Assembly: GCA_028534125.1 (NCBI GenBank)
Contig: CM052818.1
Coordinates: 6,388,001-6,452,000, forward strand
Length of the DNA stretch: 64,000 nt
Source: Lama glama
Taxonomy: Eukaryota
Direction: 5' to 3'
Part shown: piece after piece, positions 25,774 to 38,479 of the stretch
How the letters are laid out: every line of letters begins with the position of its first letter
Position numbering within the stretch: the first letter of the stretch is position 1
Made by a program: the position numbers and the translations under genes
The notes under the pieces: model-generated
Database searches by the model: none
What the model was told of the DNA's origin: nothing
Seen by the model: only the letters and a program-made list of their open reading frames with translations

Positions 25774-26429
25774 CCATGAGGAAACATCTCCCAAGGCACC
25801 GGAGTATTTAGTGGGGAGCTGTCTGTGTGTTTCAGGACTGAAGGCTGAGTTGATCAGACTCCTCGGTTCACAGGACATTATTGCTTTGGGTCCGTACACA
25901 ACTCCTCTCCCCTCATGTTTGTATAACTCTCACCTCCATTTCCACAGCCCAACTTCCCTCCCTGCAATAGACCATTTTACTGTGTCTATATGTATGTATT
26001 CTTTGACCATTGTTTTCTGTGCATATATTTTAATACACAGAAATGGTATGTTCTCATGTTTTAGGTATTATCCTAGCTCTTTCTGATGTTTTTAAGATTT
26101 ATCCATATGGCCAAGCATGCATCTTGTCCACTTCTCCACATTGCATAGTGTTCTATAATCCGTAGCCACTATATTTTATATACCCAGGCCCCCAAGGATG
26201 GACAGCTAGGATGCTCCCAGCTCCCGACTCCCTCCACACTGCTGCGATGAACATCCTCACACGGATTCCTCAGGCACACATGCCCAGGAGCAGGAAAGTC
26301 GAGTTCCATGGTGTGAAGTGTGAGTACTGCCATGGTGCTCCCCAGAGAAGCTGCCCCTGTCCCCTCTCCCACTAGCCGTGCCTGAGGTTTCTGGGACTCA
26401 CATCTCCACCAACACTGAGCAATACTCAG

Positions 26430-26919
26430 TGTTACTGACTGAAATGTGTCCCCCAAAAAGATACGTTGAAATCCTAACCCAAAGTAGCTCAGAATGTAAC
26501 CATATTTGGAAATAAGATCTTGCAGATGCAGTCAAGTTAAGATAAGGTCATTTGAGGGGAGGGTGGCAATCCTACATAACTGGTGTCCTTGTAAAAAAGG
26601 AGAGATTTGCACTCAGTGACAGACACACACAGAGTGAAGGCGATACAAAGAGAAAGATGGGGAGAACGTCATGCAGAGATGAAGGCAGGGATTGCACTGA
26701 TGCATCTATACACCAAGTAACGCCAGAGATGGCCAGCGAAGCACCAGAAGCTAGGAGAAACGGGTGGAACAATTCTCCCCACCCAAGCCCTTAGAAGGAA
26801 CGAACCATGCCCACACCTTAATTCTAAACTTCTAGCTTCCAAACTAGGAGACAATAAATGTACGTTTGAGCCACCTGGTTTTTGGTAGTGCAATCCAGCA
26901 GCCTTGGGACACTAATACG
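26430..26919 (+). mobile_element. MLT1C-like solo LTR
   Basis: tgttactgactgaaatgtgtccccc...actaatac; 5-bp TSD ctcag/cttag. Confidence 0.92.
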
Positions 26920-27414
26920 CTTAGCTTTCCAAGTGCTGCCAGCCTGATGGGTGTAACATAATATGTTATTACTTTTATTTTTATTTTTCTAATCACTAGT
27001 GAGTTTTACCATCTTCCTCATACACTTTTTAGTCAAATAGGTTTCCTTGTGAACTGCCCAATTTTATCCCTTTGCCCACTTTTTCATAGAGGTTCCTGTT
27101 TTTTTTTCTCATTGATTTGCAACAGCTCCTTGTAAATTTCAAATATTAGCTCCTTAGAATTTGATACTGTACAAACATCTTCCAAATTATCATGTCTGTT
27201 AATTTTATCCGTTCCTCACTGGGCAGAATTATTTCATTTCTATTTGATCAAATTCATCAATTTTTCAATTATGATTTGCCCAGCTGGGGTTTTGCTTAAG
27301 AACTCTTTCACCAATCCTCTGTTTCAAAGTGATTCTCCCACATAACATTCTACAAACCACATTGTTTTTTTTACCTTTAACGATGCGGAGTCAATATCTG
27401 TACATGGTGTGAGC

Positions 27415-27955
27415 CACAGAGCTGTTTAGAAAAACTGTATAGAAAAACACTCCAAAACGTTGTGGCTTAAAACAAAAACAAACATTCGTTTTGCTCACAT
27501 ACCTGCACTGTAGGTAGGGCTCAGCAAAGACCTCTGTGCTGTGGGGTGGCAGCTGAGATGACTCCCCTAGGGCTGAAGGATGTTTGCAAGGCGACTCACT
27601 TACAGCTGGCAAGTTCACACGGCTGGCTGTCAGCTGGAAGCTCAGCCAAGGCTGAGGGCTGGGGGCCACAGTTCCTTGCCATTTGCACCCCGACTGTCAC
27701 AGGCTGTTTGGGCTTCCTCACATTATGGTGGCTGTGTTCCAAGGTGGGTGGGGGGAACAGAGGCTGTACCACTTTCTATTAGCTTCAGAAATCACTTTGC
27801 ATCACTTCCACTGCAGTCAAAACCTGTCCAGAATCAAGGGGAGGTAACAAACAAGTCACTCCTCGAGGGGGAAAGTATCAAAGTCACACTGTAAAAAAGC
27901 GCATGTGGGAGGGGACAGAATGTTGCAATCATCTTTGGGAGTAGAATCGGCCACA
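27415..27955 (-). mobile_element. Older MLT1 (F/G/H-like) solo LTR
   Basis: gtggcttaaaacaa...ctggctgtcagctgg...ttgggcttcctcacattatggtggctg. Confidence 0.8.
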
Positions 27956-30410
27956 GGATCCAATTTTATTAGCAGTTAGTTCATCTTTATCATTTCTCAT
28001 GTTCCTTTATACACATGGTCTGTCACCGAGCCCCTTACTCCATCACCCGGCTCTATTTGTCTGGATTTTGCCACAAGAGGGCTAGTAGTATGTCCGTATC
28101 TCAACAGGGTAAGTTCCCTCACTTCATTCTTCTTTTGCAAATTTGTAATTCACAAACCTTTATTTTTCCATACAAGTTTTTAAATACATCTATCAAACTC
28201 CTAAAAATAATCCTTCTGAAGTTTTCCTGGGATTGCCTTGATTTTATAAGTTAATTTGGGGAAAATAAACATATCTGGTCATCCCACTCAAATACACAGA
28301 AATTATTCTGACCATATTTTCCAGCTTTCTATTGTAGCTTTTAAGCATTTTAATATTTCTTCTATAGAGGTCTTGTCTATTTTCTGTTAATCCCTAAGTA
28401 TTTCTGTTTTGGTTGCTTCCATGAACACTATTCCTTGTTAACCTATATTTTCTAATCTGTTTTTGCTGGTATTTGAAATTCTATTGATATCTGTAGGCCG
28501 ATCTTGCATCTGGCAGCCTTGCTTAATTCTAATATTTGAATTTGTTGCTTTTGCTACATAATGATCCCATCCTCTGCAAATAATGATAGTTTCGTTCCTT
28601 CCTCTCTAATTCACACCTCTTATTTCTTAACAATCTTGACTAAGAGTCCAGTATTGTGCTAGTGGGTGATAATGAAGATCCTTGCCTTGTCTCTGATCTT
28701 AAATGAAATGCATCTTTCTCCACTGAGTATAATTTATGCCTTCAGTTTTTCATTACAAATAGACAGTGAGCTTTATTAAATGCCTTTCTGAATCTCCTGA
28801 GACAATTATATGATTTTTTTTCTCCTTTAATCTTTTTATGTGTTGAATTATATTTCTGTGTTGGATCATTCTTTTTTCCCTGAATAAATCTCCCAAATGA
28901 CAATATATATTAATATTTTTAACTACTAACATTTGATAAGCTACTATAATATTTTATTTAGAATTTTTATGTCCATGATCATAAGCAAAAGAGGTCAGTA
29001 ATTTTCTTTTCTTATATTGTCTTTACCCAATTTTAGAATAAAGATTATATTCAACTCAAGAATGAGTGGGGCGGCTTTGGTTGTTTCCTCCTCTCTATTT
29101 TGAGGTTGCTAGAAGTGAACTGTAAAACCGTCTGAGCCAGGTGCCTTTTGGAGAGGAGGTCTTTGACTGCTGTTTCAATTTTTTGGTGCTTACTTGTTTA
29201 TTCAAGTTTTCTGTGTCTTCTTTCACCAATATAGGCACTCAATAGTGTTTCCTAAATATTCTCATTTCAGATAGAGTTCCCAAATTTATCATTATAAAGT
29301 TATTTATAACTTAGTTCTCTTATTTTTATCTCTATCTATAGCTGTTTCTCTTGAAAAGATCTGTATTTTTTATTAAATCTTTTTTCCTGATTAGCTTTTA
29401 TAAACTCGTATCTTCATTAATTACTAAACAGTAATAGGATGGTTTCTGTTATTTATATTTCCAAGAAGGAAAACAAGCTTTTGCTGTTGAGTCTTCTCTG
29501 GACCTCATCCACCTCTCCATCCTTGAGACCACCTCTCAAGCCTATACTCTCTGCTGCAAAAAAGAGGTCAGGAGCCTGAGCCCATGTCCCTTTGGGCCAC
29601 TGCCTGAGCTTACCCTCCAGGGGCTACTGGTTCATAGGCTACAGAGATACTCATCCTATTTTTCTCATCCACCCCCAGCAAGCAGCACCACTGGAGGAAA
29701 CTGCCAACTGCCTACCATGTGCCTGCCTTTATACAAAGCAATACAGACCATAATCTTTGCCCCAAATAAACATACACTCTAGCTGGGAGAGGAAAGTAAC
29801 ACCCAGGAATACACGAGAGGAGAAAGAACTCTGAGCAAAGACTCAGAGCATCCCAGCTTCAGCACTGAGTGGTCCGAAAGGTGTGAGGGAAATGTCCCAA
29901 GGAGAGCAGCGCAGAGGTCCCAGCCAGAAGTCCGGAGCTCTGCTCCCCCTGCTGCCTCCTTCCAGACTAAAGATCTGCCCCCGCAACGGAAGAGGCAGAA
30001 GGAGAGAGGGGCAAATAAAGACTAGGGGAAGAATGCGGCGGGAGGGCAAAGGAAAAGGGATTAGCTAAGCTGCACTAATGCAGTCAGGACACGTCCAACT
30101 ACGACAGCACTATTTGTGTCATTTTTCACACAGCACATACACAGGGACCACCTCACTGGAGAAGTGCGGTGTCACAGCCTTACAGATGTGGAGACTTCAG
30201 CCCCCAAAGAGTGTGAATTTCCCAGTCTTACAAGTGACAGAACTGGGACCCAAAACCCTGCCCTTCTGACTCTAACATTGTCTTCTTTCCCCTAAACCAT
30301 GTGGCCTCCAAAAACAGCAAGTTACAGGACAGACAAAGAGGAACTGGCTTCTCCTTGTTCACCCCACCTCTGCGAGCCCTCATCCCTCTGCCACACTCAC
30401 ATTCTCCCCC

Positions 30411-30412
<2 letters not shown>

Positions 30413-30463
<51 letters not shown>
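30413..30463. repeat. (AC)25 microsatellite
   Basis: Perfect dinucleotide run. Confidence 0.98.
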
Positions 30464-30466
<3 letters not shown>

Positions 30467-30759
30467 GAAACTGCAGGTCGATACAATGTCACTGTATATG
30501 CTTCCTAAAGAACACGCTATTGTTTATTCACCAAGAACCTCAGCGGGGCCTCTGGGCTGCCAAACACCTTGTTCTAGAAACCGAAGGGTCAGCCCTGGGA
30601 GGAAATGAGGCTTGTGCTGCCATCCTCAACCTCCCCTGAGGATCATTACCTATAGGCACAGGTCTAGGTGCTCTCAGGGACCTTACGACGATGTCAGGAC
30701 ACGATGTGTCTACTGCTCTACTGGAATAGCAAGAGCAGCAGCGATGGCGACTAACACGT

Positions 30760-30960
30760 CGTGAGTGCTTACTCTCCGCTGCCACCTGATAAGAGTTCTT
30801 CACGGCTCTGAATCGTATTTAATCCTCATGATTAATGAGATGGGTTCAAGTCTCCCATGAGAAACAGGCTCAGAGGTGTGAACTGTCACATCCAGGGCTA
30901 CACATCCAGCAGGACTCAAATGAGGTCTGACTCCAGGTGACAAACATCTTAACACTATAC
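30760..30960 (-). mobile_element. MIR SINE
   Basis: atttaatcctca...gagaaacaggctcagagg...ggactcaaatgaggtctgactcca. Confidence 0.75.
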
Positions 30961-33023
30961 ACGTCGCCTCTTTGCTTTATAAGTACCTGGGGGGGTAGAA
31001 ACCCCAAACAACTGAGGTAATTAATGTCTGCAACGCCCAGAGGGGTGAGAGGAAGCTTCAAAGAAGAGACAGCCTGCAAGGAGGGGAAGGACAGACTGGG
31101 GACCCGGGGTCACATGTAGGAGAAATGCTGGGAGCAAATGCGGGAACGGGGCTGTGGGGGTTTACGGAGGGATACGGGAGACTGAAGCAGTCTGAGCAGG
31201 GCTGTAGACACCACACTGGCGACTGGTCCTTCAGACTAACAAATTCAGCACGAGAAAGAGGACAGGCAGCCAGGGAAAACAGAGGAAGACGGAATGAGTC
31301 CACAGGCACCAAAGTTGGTTTTTTAAGTGCAGAGTAAGACCATGAGAGGTGTGTCCCAGCCTCTGATTACCAGTCCTTGGGTATCTAGGACAAAGTTTCC
31401 ATCCCCAGGGTAGCTTCCTCGGGATATTCCCCATCACCTCCCTCAACATGGAGTGGGTGTGTGCAGGTGTGCGCTCCCAAAAGGCAGGAACAGCCCTCTC
31501 ACTGTAAGTAAAGGGAAAAACGATTAGGAAAAAGTAAGTCAGTGGCAGAGGCAGACATGGGTGTCTACCTTCGGTGGGGGCTCCCCCCACTGCACCAGAC
31601 CCCCTCTGTCGGGGAAGTGACCCACGCCCCACCCCCAACACACAGTTTTCCATCTTACCCGATTCCAGCCACACCTACACATTACAACCAGCATGGCCAG
31701 CTGCCCACAATCCATTCAGTTTGCTTACTGAGAACCACCAAACAGGGTAGCCAGGCTCCCAAGAAGCCCCGGGGACCTCCTGTTGGGCCAACCAGGCACC
31801 CTGTCTGCCTCAAGCCTGGGGTACACAAAACCTTGTCAAGTCACACCAGTGTGTTCAATCCACCAACACCACCACAGAGCCCGTGTCCTCCACACCACCG
31901 TCCGTCACTAGGCTGCAGTCTTCTGGGGGACCCAAACCTTTGAGAAACAACATTACAAACCCAAAGAGAATGTGTCTTGCAAAAGTTCAAAATTATTACT
32001 GGTCATAGGAAAGGATGTACATTTGGCCAAATTCGAATAAGATTCTGTAATTCTCCATTATTAAGAGTCCTGCTTCAGGAGCACAATTTTAACTGTTTGG
32101 CTCTAAGCTTTTTAAATATATATATATATTTAAATATATTTTTGTTTACATTTCTACACACACATATATAGTGATTTTACCATTTAAACTATATAAGGCA
32201 GCGACCACAAAATTGAAATTCTGTCTTTCAAAGGGTTTTATGTACTCCTCTAACTGAAAGCAGCTTCACAATAGAAAGATCCAGTTTTACAAGTGGGCCC
32301 AACCCAAAATAGTAACTATGGCCTTAAGGACTATTATCCCGTTGCTGTATGCAGGATTTAGGGCATATAAATGCCCATTAACACGACTAAGCTTAATAAT
32401 CTGATTTATAAAGTATCCTCACCAGGGCCCACGCAGCACCCTACAATTACGCTGCCCCAATTAAAACATCCTACGAGCCTGATAGACTTGCCCTGAAAGG
32501 CACCACCCTGTAAAAGCAGGACCCACCCCACCAAAGAATCCTGACAGAGGGGCTTACATGGCAAGGGGGTGGCCACAAAAGGGGTTTTCAGATGGAAGGA
32601 GAGCATTTTAAGTGTTTAATTCCCACGCTCAGTGCCTGCCAAAGTACACAGGAGTGAATAATAATCCCCAAGTAAAGAAGCAGTAACAAGGAGGGTTGTC
32701 TGGGTGTCCACCCCGGGCTTCCCTAGTAAAGGTGGCACTTGCTTGTTATAATGAACACATCTGGGTTCTAAGCTTGGAGAACCTGAATGAAATTTTCTAT
32801 TGGAAAACAGGAGGAATCCTTTTGTTCCAGAGACTCGTCTGGGGTTTGGAATTTGGAAACCTCCTCTCAACCCTGGCCCACCTCGAACCCAAGCTACTCA
32901 GCACTATTTGCAGCCGTTTGTGTGTGTGTTTCTGGGTGCGCGGGGGGTGGGGTGCTCATCTGCCTTGTCTGCTATTAGACAATTTTATCATAGCAAAATG
33001 GAAAGACACCTCTCAAAATGTAC

Positions 33024-33135
33024 CCTCCATTCCTAGATGTCAGCAGGCAATTGAAATTCCCAAAAGATCTAAGAATGTATTAAACTAAATGTCTCCAAAG
33101 GCTTAGCAAAGAGTGAACACTGTCCCTTGACTCTA
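33024..33135 (-). other. Candidate non-coding exon (112 nt)
   Basis: Long pyrimidine tract cttttcttcttttctcctttgctgcgtgctttcctctcag|TAG (NAGNAG); weak donor AGG|GTACAT. Confidence 0.3.
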
Positions 33136-33249
33136 CTGAGAGGAAAGCACGCAGCAAAGGAGAAAAGAAGAAAAGATCGATTCACAGACAGACAGAGGTG
33201 GCCACACACTGCTGGATTCTTCCACAGACCTCATTCCCATTAAAGCAAA

Positions 33250-34810
33250 GTTTCTATTAATGTTAACTTTTGAAATGCTGGTGAAGGTTCAGCCAGACAG
33301 GTATTCTTACACATCCAGTAGGAGAGTAGATGGTTTGAACCTCTCTAAAAATCTGCAATCTCCAAATAGCTACCAAGAGCTTTTAAAATGCCCAGATCCC
33401 CTGATCCACTTCTGGAAATGAATTCTAAGGAAATCAGCAAAATGTGGTCAAAGAGCAAAGCACACCGATGCTCGTTGCGGCATTTCCGAACCCAGAAAGA
33501 GATGGGAAATGATCTGATGGTTCAGCAATAAGGGAAGAGTCACATAAATTCTGGTTGATCTGTAGACAAATTATTATAATTCTTTTAAGAATGATGTTTA
33601 CTTCTGTTGAAAAACACAAAATAAGATTTGAATAAAAGGAAGTAAAAACTGTGTTCTTGGATAAGAAGTATCAGTAAAGATGTCAATTCTCTCAGTCCTA
33701 TTCTATAAATTAAACATCATCCCAATCCAAGTCACAAAAAGGATTTTGTTTGTCCATTGTATTGGGAGGGTAGAAATTTGACAAAAAGACTCCACAGTCA
33801 TCCGGAAAAATAATCCATGCGAAACAGCCAAGAAATAAGGAACAGTCGTCAGGGTATTGTAGAATTCCTCATTACAAAATACTATTGATAAGGGTGAGAG
33901 AAACCAGAAAGCTCATTTGTAACTGGTGAGAATGTAGTGGACAAACATTTTTGTAGGGCAATCTTCCCTTATCCTTCAATATCTTCAATGTGAACCCTCC
34001 CCTTAGCCCAGAATTTCCACTCCAGGAATTTCCTACATAAACACACTTGTACACATAAATATATGCGTGAAGATGTTCAATGCAGTGGTGTTTATCACAG
34101 CAAAAAAATGGAAGCCATCAAACACCCATCAACAAGAGTTGGGTGAAGGATGAGATTTCTGTGGAGTGGAATACCTTCCAGCAGTTTTTAAAAATGAGAT
34201 GAATTTGAATGCAGCAGCATAGAAGATGTCCATGATATAAGTGCAAAAGTCATGTTGAAAAACTGTATAAATAATATGAATCATATTTTATGTATCCACA
34301 ATGTAAAACTAATGTCTGGGAAGAAATATAAGAAATTGTTTTAAAAAAGAGAAAGAGAGAGAAAGAGAAGTGGTTACAGGAAGTGAGGGAATGAGGTAAC
34401 GAGGGGAAGAAGGTTGTTTAGTTTTTATGCCATATCTTTCTGTAGTTTTCAATTTTTTTTGGACAATGAATGGGTGTTACTGTTTAAGACACAAAGTAAT
34501 AAACAGTTGAAGTTTTTTAAATTAAAATTTATGTATTTTATTACGTATCAAGACTCATTTAAAGACCCAGAGAAGTTAAGTATAACGTAGCATAAAAGGA
34601 AAAGCCAGATTACACAATTATATAGAGAGAATGCTGTCACCTATTTTAAAAGTTATATCTTAAATATGCACATAGGAAAAAATGCTGGCAGGAAACACAC
34701 CAAATGGTAATGGTAATTACCTCTGATTATAATGTTATAACTGACTTTAATTTGATTCACTTTTTTATTTTTCAAATTTTTAAAAATTAATGTTATACAT
34801 CTAATAAGAA
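33250..34810 (+). mobile_element. Mosaic of ancient L1 (L1ME-like) fragments
   Basis: taaagatgtcaattctc, cccagaatttccactccaggaattt, aagatgttcaatgcag. Confidence 0.75.
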
Positions 34811-34989
34811 AAAAATGTAGCGATCAATACAGAATTTGCTAAGCTAATAATTACATACCCTATACTAGACCAGAAATCAAGAGGAGAGAAAATGTGGGAC
34901 ATAATCCCTTCCTTCAAACAATATACAGTTTTATAAAATATGTACATAAAGTTAAAAACCATTAGTCTTTATACATAAAGTAATTACAT

Positions 34990-35235
34990 GTAATGTATGG
35001 CATGGTGATAGTTAATAATACTGTTTTGTATTCTGGAAAATTGCTAAGAGAGTAGATCTTAAAAGTTCTCATCACATGAAAAAAAATTTGTAACTATGTA
35101 TGAAGACAAACGTCAAGTAGACTTACTGCGGTGATCATTTTGCAAGATATATAAATATCAAATCATTATATTAAACTAGTAAAACCAAAACTAATATAAT
35201 GCTGTATATCAATTATACCTCAATAAAAAATGATA
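34990..35235 (+). mobile_element. L1MA9-like 3' end
   Basis: ttgctaagagagtagatcttaaaagttctcatcaca...tatatcaattatacctcaataaaaaa. Confidence 0.9.
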
Positions 35236-35599
35236 AAATAAAATAAATAAACCATTAGAGATCAAGACAACAGAGAACCAAGCGCTAACCTGAATCTTAT
35301 CAAATGTCAAAATGTACAGAAGAAACAATCTGAACAGGACAACAGAAAGAGAAGATGCAATGCTAGTCCCAATTATTAACATCTTCTTAACCAGGCAACC
35401 AGGAGAACAGCCTTGCAAAATAACAAGAGGATCCTTTTCCAAAGACAGAGTCAGAACTATACAAATGCTTGATTCTGGGCATTGCGAGGTCCACGTCCTC
35501 AAAATAATGCCATCTCCATACACTGGTATCTGAAATTGTACCGTTAAAGGTTTATCCCCTTATTTCATATTCTCTATCCCTCTTGAAAAGCAAGTGGAT

Positions 35600-35790
35600 C
35601 AAGGAATGCCAACACTGTACTGAAGGGCACCCTTCCAGCCTCCCTGTGCCAATGACAGACATCACCAATCAATCTCAGCACTCTTCCACCATGAGATCAT
35701 CTCAGAATCTGTCCCAGCACAACACTCCCAGCAGCTACCACCAACTGAACAACGTTGGGATATGGGTGGAGAGCTACTTGCCATTCTTTA
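35600..35790 (-). mobile_element. Ancient hAT-Charlie-type DNA transposon fragment
   Basis: gacagacatcaccaatcaatc..cactcttcc...ctcagaatc...cagctaccaccaa...ctacttgccattc; subfamily uncertain. Confidence 0.65.
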
Positions 35791-36380
35791 TTAAAGTGAT
35801 AGTAGTAAACTTGCTTTTGAATAAGAGTTGAGAATTTTACACAGCTCTGTCACAATTATCTCGTTCAGGCAGGCGCTGTTTTCTTTTCCTTTACGCCAAC
35901 GGAGGATTTCAGAGTTTCTGCAAAAGGTTCATGGACACGCCACTATTAAGAAGCAGGTCTCAGATTCCAATGTGGTGCCCAGTCGTCGTTCCAAGTCCGC
36001 TGTTCTTTTCAAAAGCACTCCTCCCTTACACAGCAACGTGAGAGAGCTGAGCTTATCCTCTTCTGAAGTCAGGGAGGGGAGAGTTTGAGGATTCTGGGAA
36101 GCATGGTGGATGGGAAAGGGCATCACTAAAAAGAAGCAGGTTCTCAGAACCCAGGGGCATAGGGACACCATAATTTTGCCAAGAGCCAGCTCTTTATACT
36201 AGGGAAAGTGTAAAGATACTCAAGTTCTCAGCTACAATTGGTATCTAATGGGAATTCCATCAAGAAACCCATTAAGGGCAAGAACTCCAAACACCACACA
36301 AAAGCCCGACAGGGATGGAACTGAACAGGTGAGTCTCTGTGCCTTAGAGTGACGAAAAGATTTGGGCTATTCTGCCTCAC

Positions 36381-36588
36381 CCGTGCCGGAGCCCACGCGG
36401 CTCTCTTCTGCTCTCCAGGCTCTGAAGGACCAGAGCCAGCCTAACGGGTACTCCCCAAGGTCTTCCCAAGCTCTAAATGCCGGTGGAAAAATCACAGCCA
36501 ACAACCTTTTCCCTTTTGGTGCTTCCAACTGGACTCTCAGATCTGCTGGGCTGCTCTGAGGGCTGAAGTTCCTCTCATCTGGCTCCAT
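36381..36588 (-). other. Candidate exon (208 nt) beginning with ATG, open for 69 codons + 1 nt
   Basis: ccttaacgtgcctccag|ATGGAG acceptor; donor CGG|GTGAGG; MEPDERNFSPQ...RVGSGT. Confidence 0.45.
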
Positions 36589-36639
36589 CTGGAGGCACGT
36601 TAAGGTTAAACTTCTAAAAGCAAGGGCTTCCCATTTCAG

Positions 36640-36698
36640 TGTGAGAGAGAGAGAGGGAGAGGGAGAGAGAGAGAGTGTGTGCACGCGCACGTGTGTGT
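36640..36698. repeat. Compound (GA)n/(GT)n simple repeat in a putative 137-nt intron
   Basis: gagagagagagagggagagggagagagagagagtgtgtgcacgcgcacgtgtgtgt. Confidence 0.85.
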
Positions 36699-36725
36699 AT
36701 TTTCCAAGGACACCCATCAACTCAC

Positions 36726-36756
36726 CCTCCAATCCAATACTGAATGTGCAACAGTC
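36726..36756 (-). other. Candidate 31-nt exon (or 3' end of a first exon)
   Basis: Branch CTAAT about 25 nt upstream, cacttttag| acceptor, donor AGG|GTGAGT. Confidence 0.45.
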
Positions 36757-36857
36757 CTAAAAGTGTTTTAAAACACCAGAATTAGACAGCGTGTTGAATT
36801 TGAAGCTAACATACAAATTCTTGACTTTAAAAGGCGAAATTTTCACAACAAACAGCC

Positions 36858-36871
36858 GTTGCTATAGAGAC
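36858..36871. promoter_or_regulatory. RFX X-box motif
   Basis: GTTGCTATAGAGAC, a close match to the 14-bp X-box consensus, in unique sequence. Confidence 0.5.
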
Positions 36872-38479
36872 AGCATAAGCCTATGTAAACTTCAGGCATT
36901 CATATTCATAGAAACTCCTGAAGCAAGACCAAATGTTGGCCCTAACATTCCTGTTCTTGCCAACTTCAAAATAGTGCACAAATTATGCCAAAAATAAATG
37001 GGTGTGACTAATACAAGCTTTGAATGCTTTTTTTTTTATTTTACCTTGAGGGCAACATTTGTTGATATAGAAGCTGGGTGTGTAAAGCATACTTTCCCCT
37101 CCATAAATCCATCTGTTTTATTTACACTTCCTAAAAGACCTGCGTGCACATTTTTTCCATGAATTGTACAACCACTAGCAATCACGTATCATTCCAATCT
37201 GTGCCCCAGTTCTATTTCAACGCTATGTCTCTTCTTTTCTGTTTGTGATCCATTAAGCACATACTAGAGGCAAAAGCAGTCAAGACTTAACTCTTCTGGT
37301 CCCAAATACACACTCCAGGGCTGCAGAACCGTCAACCAGCTTCTGCACGGGCGACACCTCCAAGGTCTGTGAGCCCAGAGTAAATCCTATTACAAGCTCA
37401 GGGATGTCAAATTGGTTTCTGCCAGTGACCTTCTTTCCCGTGACCCCTTCTCCAACCCTCCAGGCCCCAATCCCAAATCCCCCATTTCTCCAGCATAGAG
37501 GTCAGCCTGTGTGACAACTGGGCTCTGCCCTGAATCTACTCTATCCTGTGTTGAAAACTCACTGCTAATTACTGTAGTCACACTTCTTAATTCAGCAAGC
37601 GCCAGGCGGCTGCCTGCCATCTCCCCAGTGGGATGGGTCACCAGCTATCTCATGCAGGTCACCCAGTCGGTATTTATTTCTGATAGGGGAAGGTGTTACA
37701 AGGTAGCTGTTCCAACATGAATGGTAATCAACAATAATTAAAAGTGATACACCCATTCTGACTCATATGATAGTGTTAAAAAAAAAAATCCAAGAAGGTT
37801 GGTGGGAGGAGGAGAAAAAGAAAAAAAAACTGATTCGCCAAGCCAGGTAAGTTCTCTATCTCAACTTCAAATTTCCAGAAAGTAAGGCCCACCAACATTT
37901 GTTGACCTTGATTCACACAGAAAGGCATCCACATTGTGACCACAGTGAAAAGTAGCAAATTTGAATTTAAAATGAAATAAACTGGATTTAAAATAAAGGA
38001 AAAAAACGTTTACTCTCAAAGGCTGGATCCCTTCACCTTGGCACCAGACAGCCGTATATCAAGAATCAGGCTGCACAAAATCTCCCCTCTGTCCGTGGAG
38101 CACAGCGTGACTGTCCCATGGCTGATGCCAACTTCCAACTTCAGATACAGAAAATCAACCACAACCAGCCCTCCAGCTTCCAGAAGTGGTCTCACCTGAG
38201 CTACACAAATTGACTGTTGCCCACCCAGATTCTCAGCTCTGATCTGGAATCGTCCTCTCTAGACCACTGGCAGTCCCAGAGGACACAATAAACGACCAGG
38301 CCTTGCTGGGCAAACAGATGCACCAGGCATCATCCCCCTCCCCAACCTCTGTGCTTCAGGCAAAGGTCATGTGCCCCCAGATCCAGGCTCGGGGGAGCTT
38401 TATTTCAACCACGACTTGGATGACCCACAATATTCACCCTTCTCATCACCACCAGCAGCCTTCCTCTGCTGCCCTTGAC

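Larger units (their letters stand above)
25900..29490 (-). mobile_element. Ancient L1 (L1ME-like) in three pieces, split by two MLT1 LTRs
   Basis: T-rich antisense ORF2/3'UTR motifs, e.g. cacatctccaccaacact, ctctgcaaataatgatagttt, tctgagccaggtgcctttt. Confidence 0.8.

Noticed and set aside
36589..36612. U12-like branch site CCTTAAC close to the acceptor
   Set aside because: The nearest donor is canonical U2 (GTGAGT) and I saw no RTATCCTT donor upstream; the motif also fits a U2 branch point.
22121..36756. Naming the host gene (genes with many 5'UTR exons, such as ZBTB38 or TRERF1, came to mind from exon sizes)
   Set aside because: I do not recognise the sequence itself, and the remembered exon layouts do not match consistently; needs an alignment.
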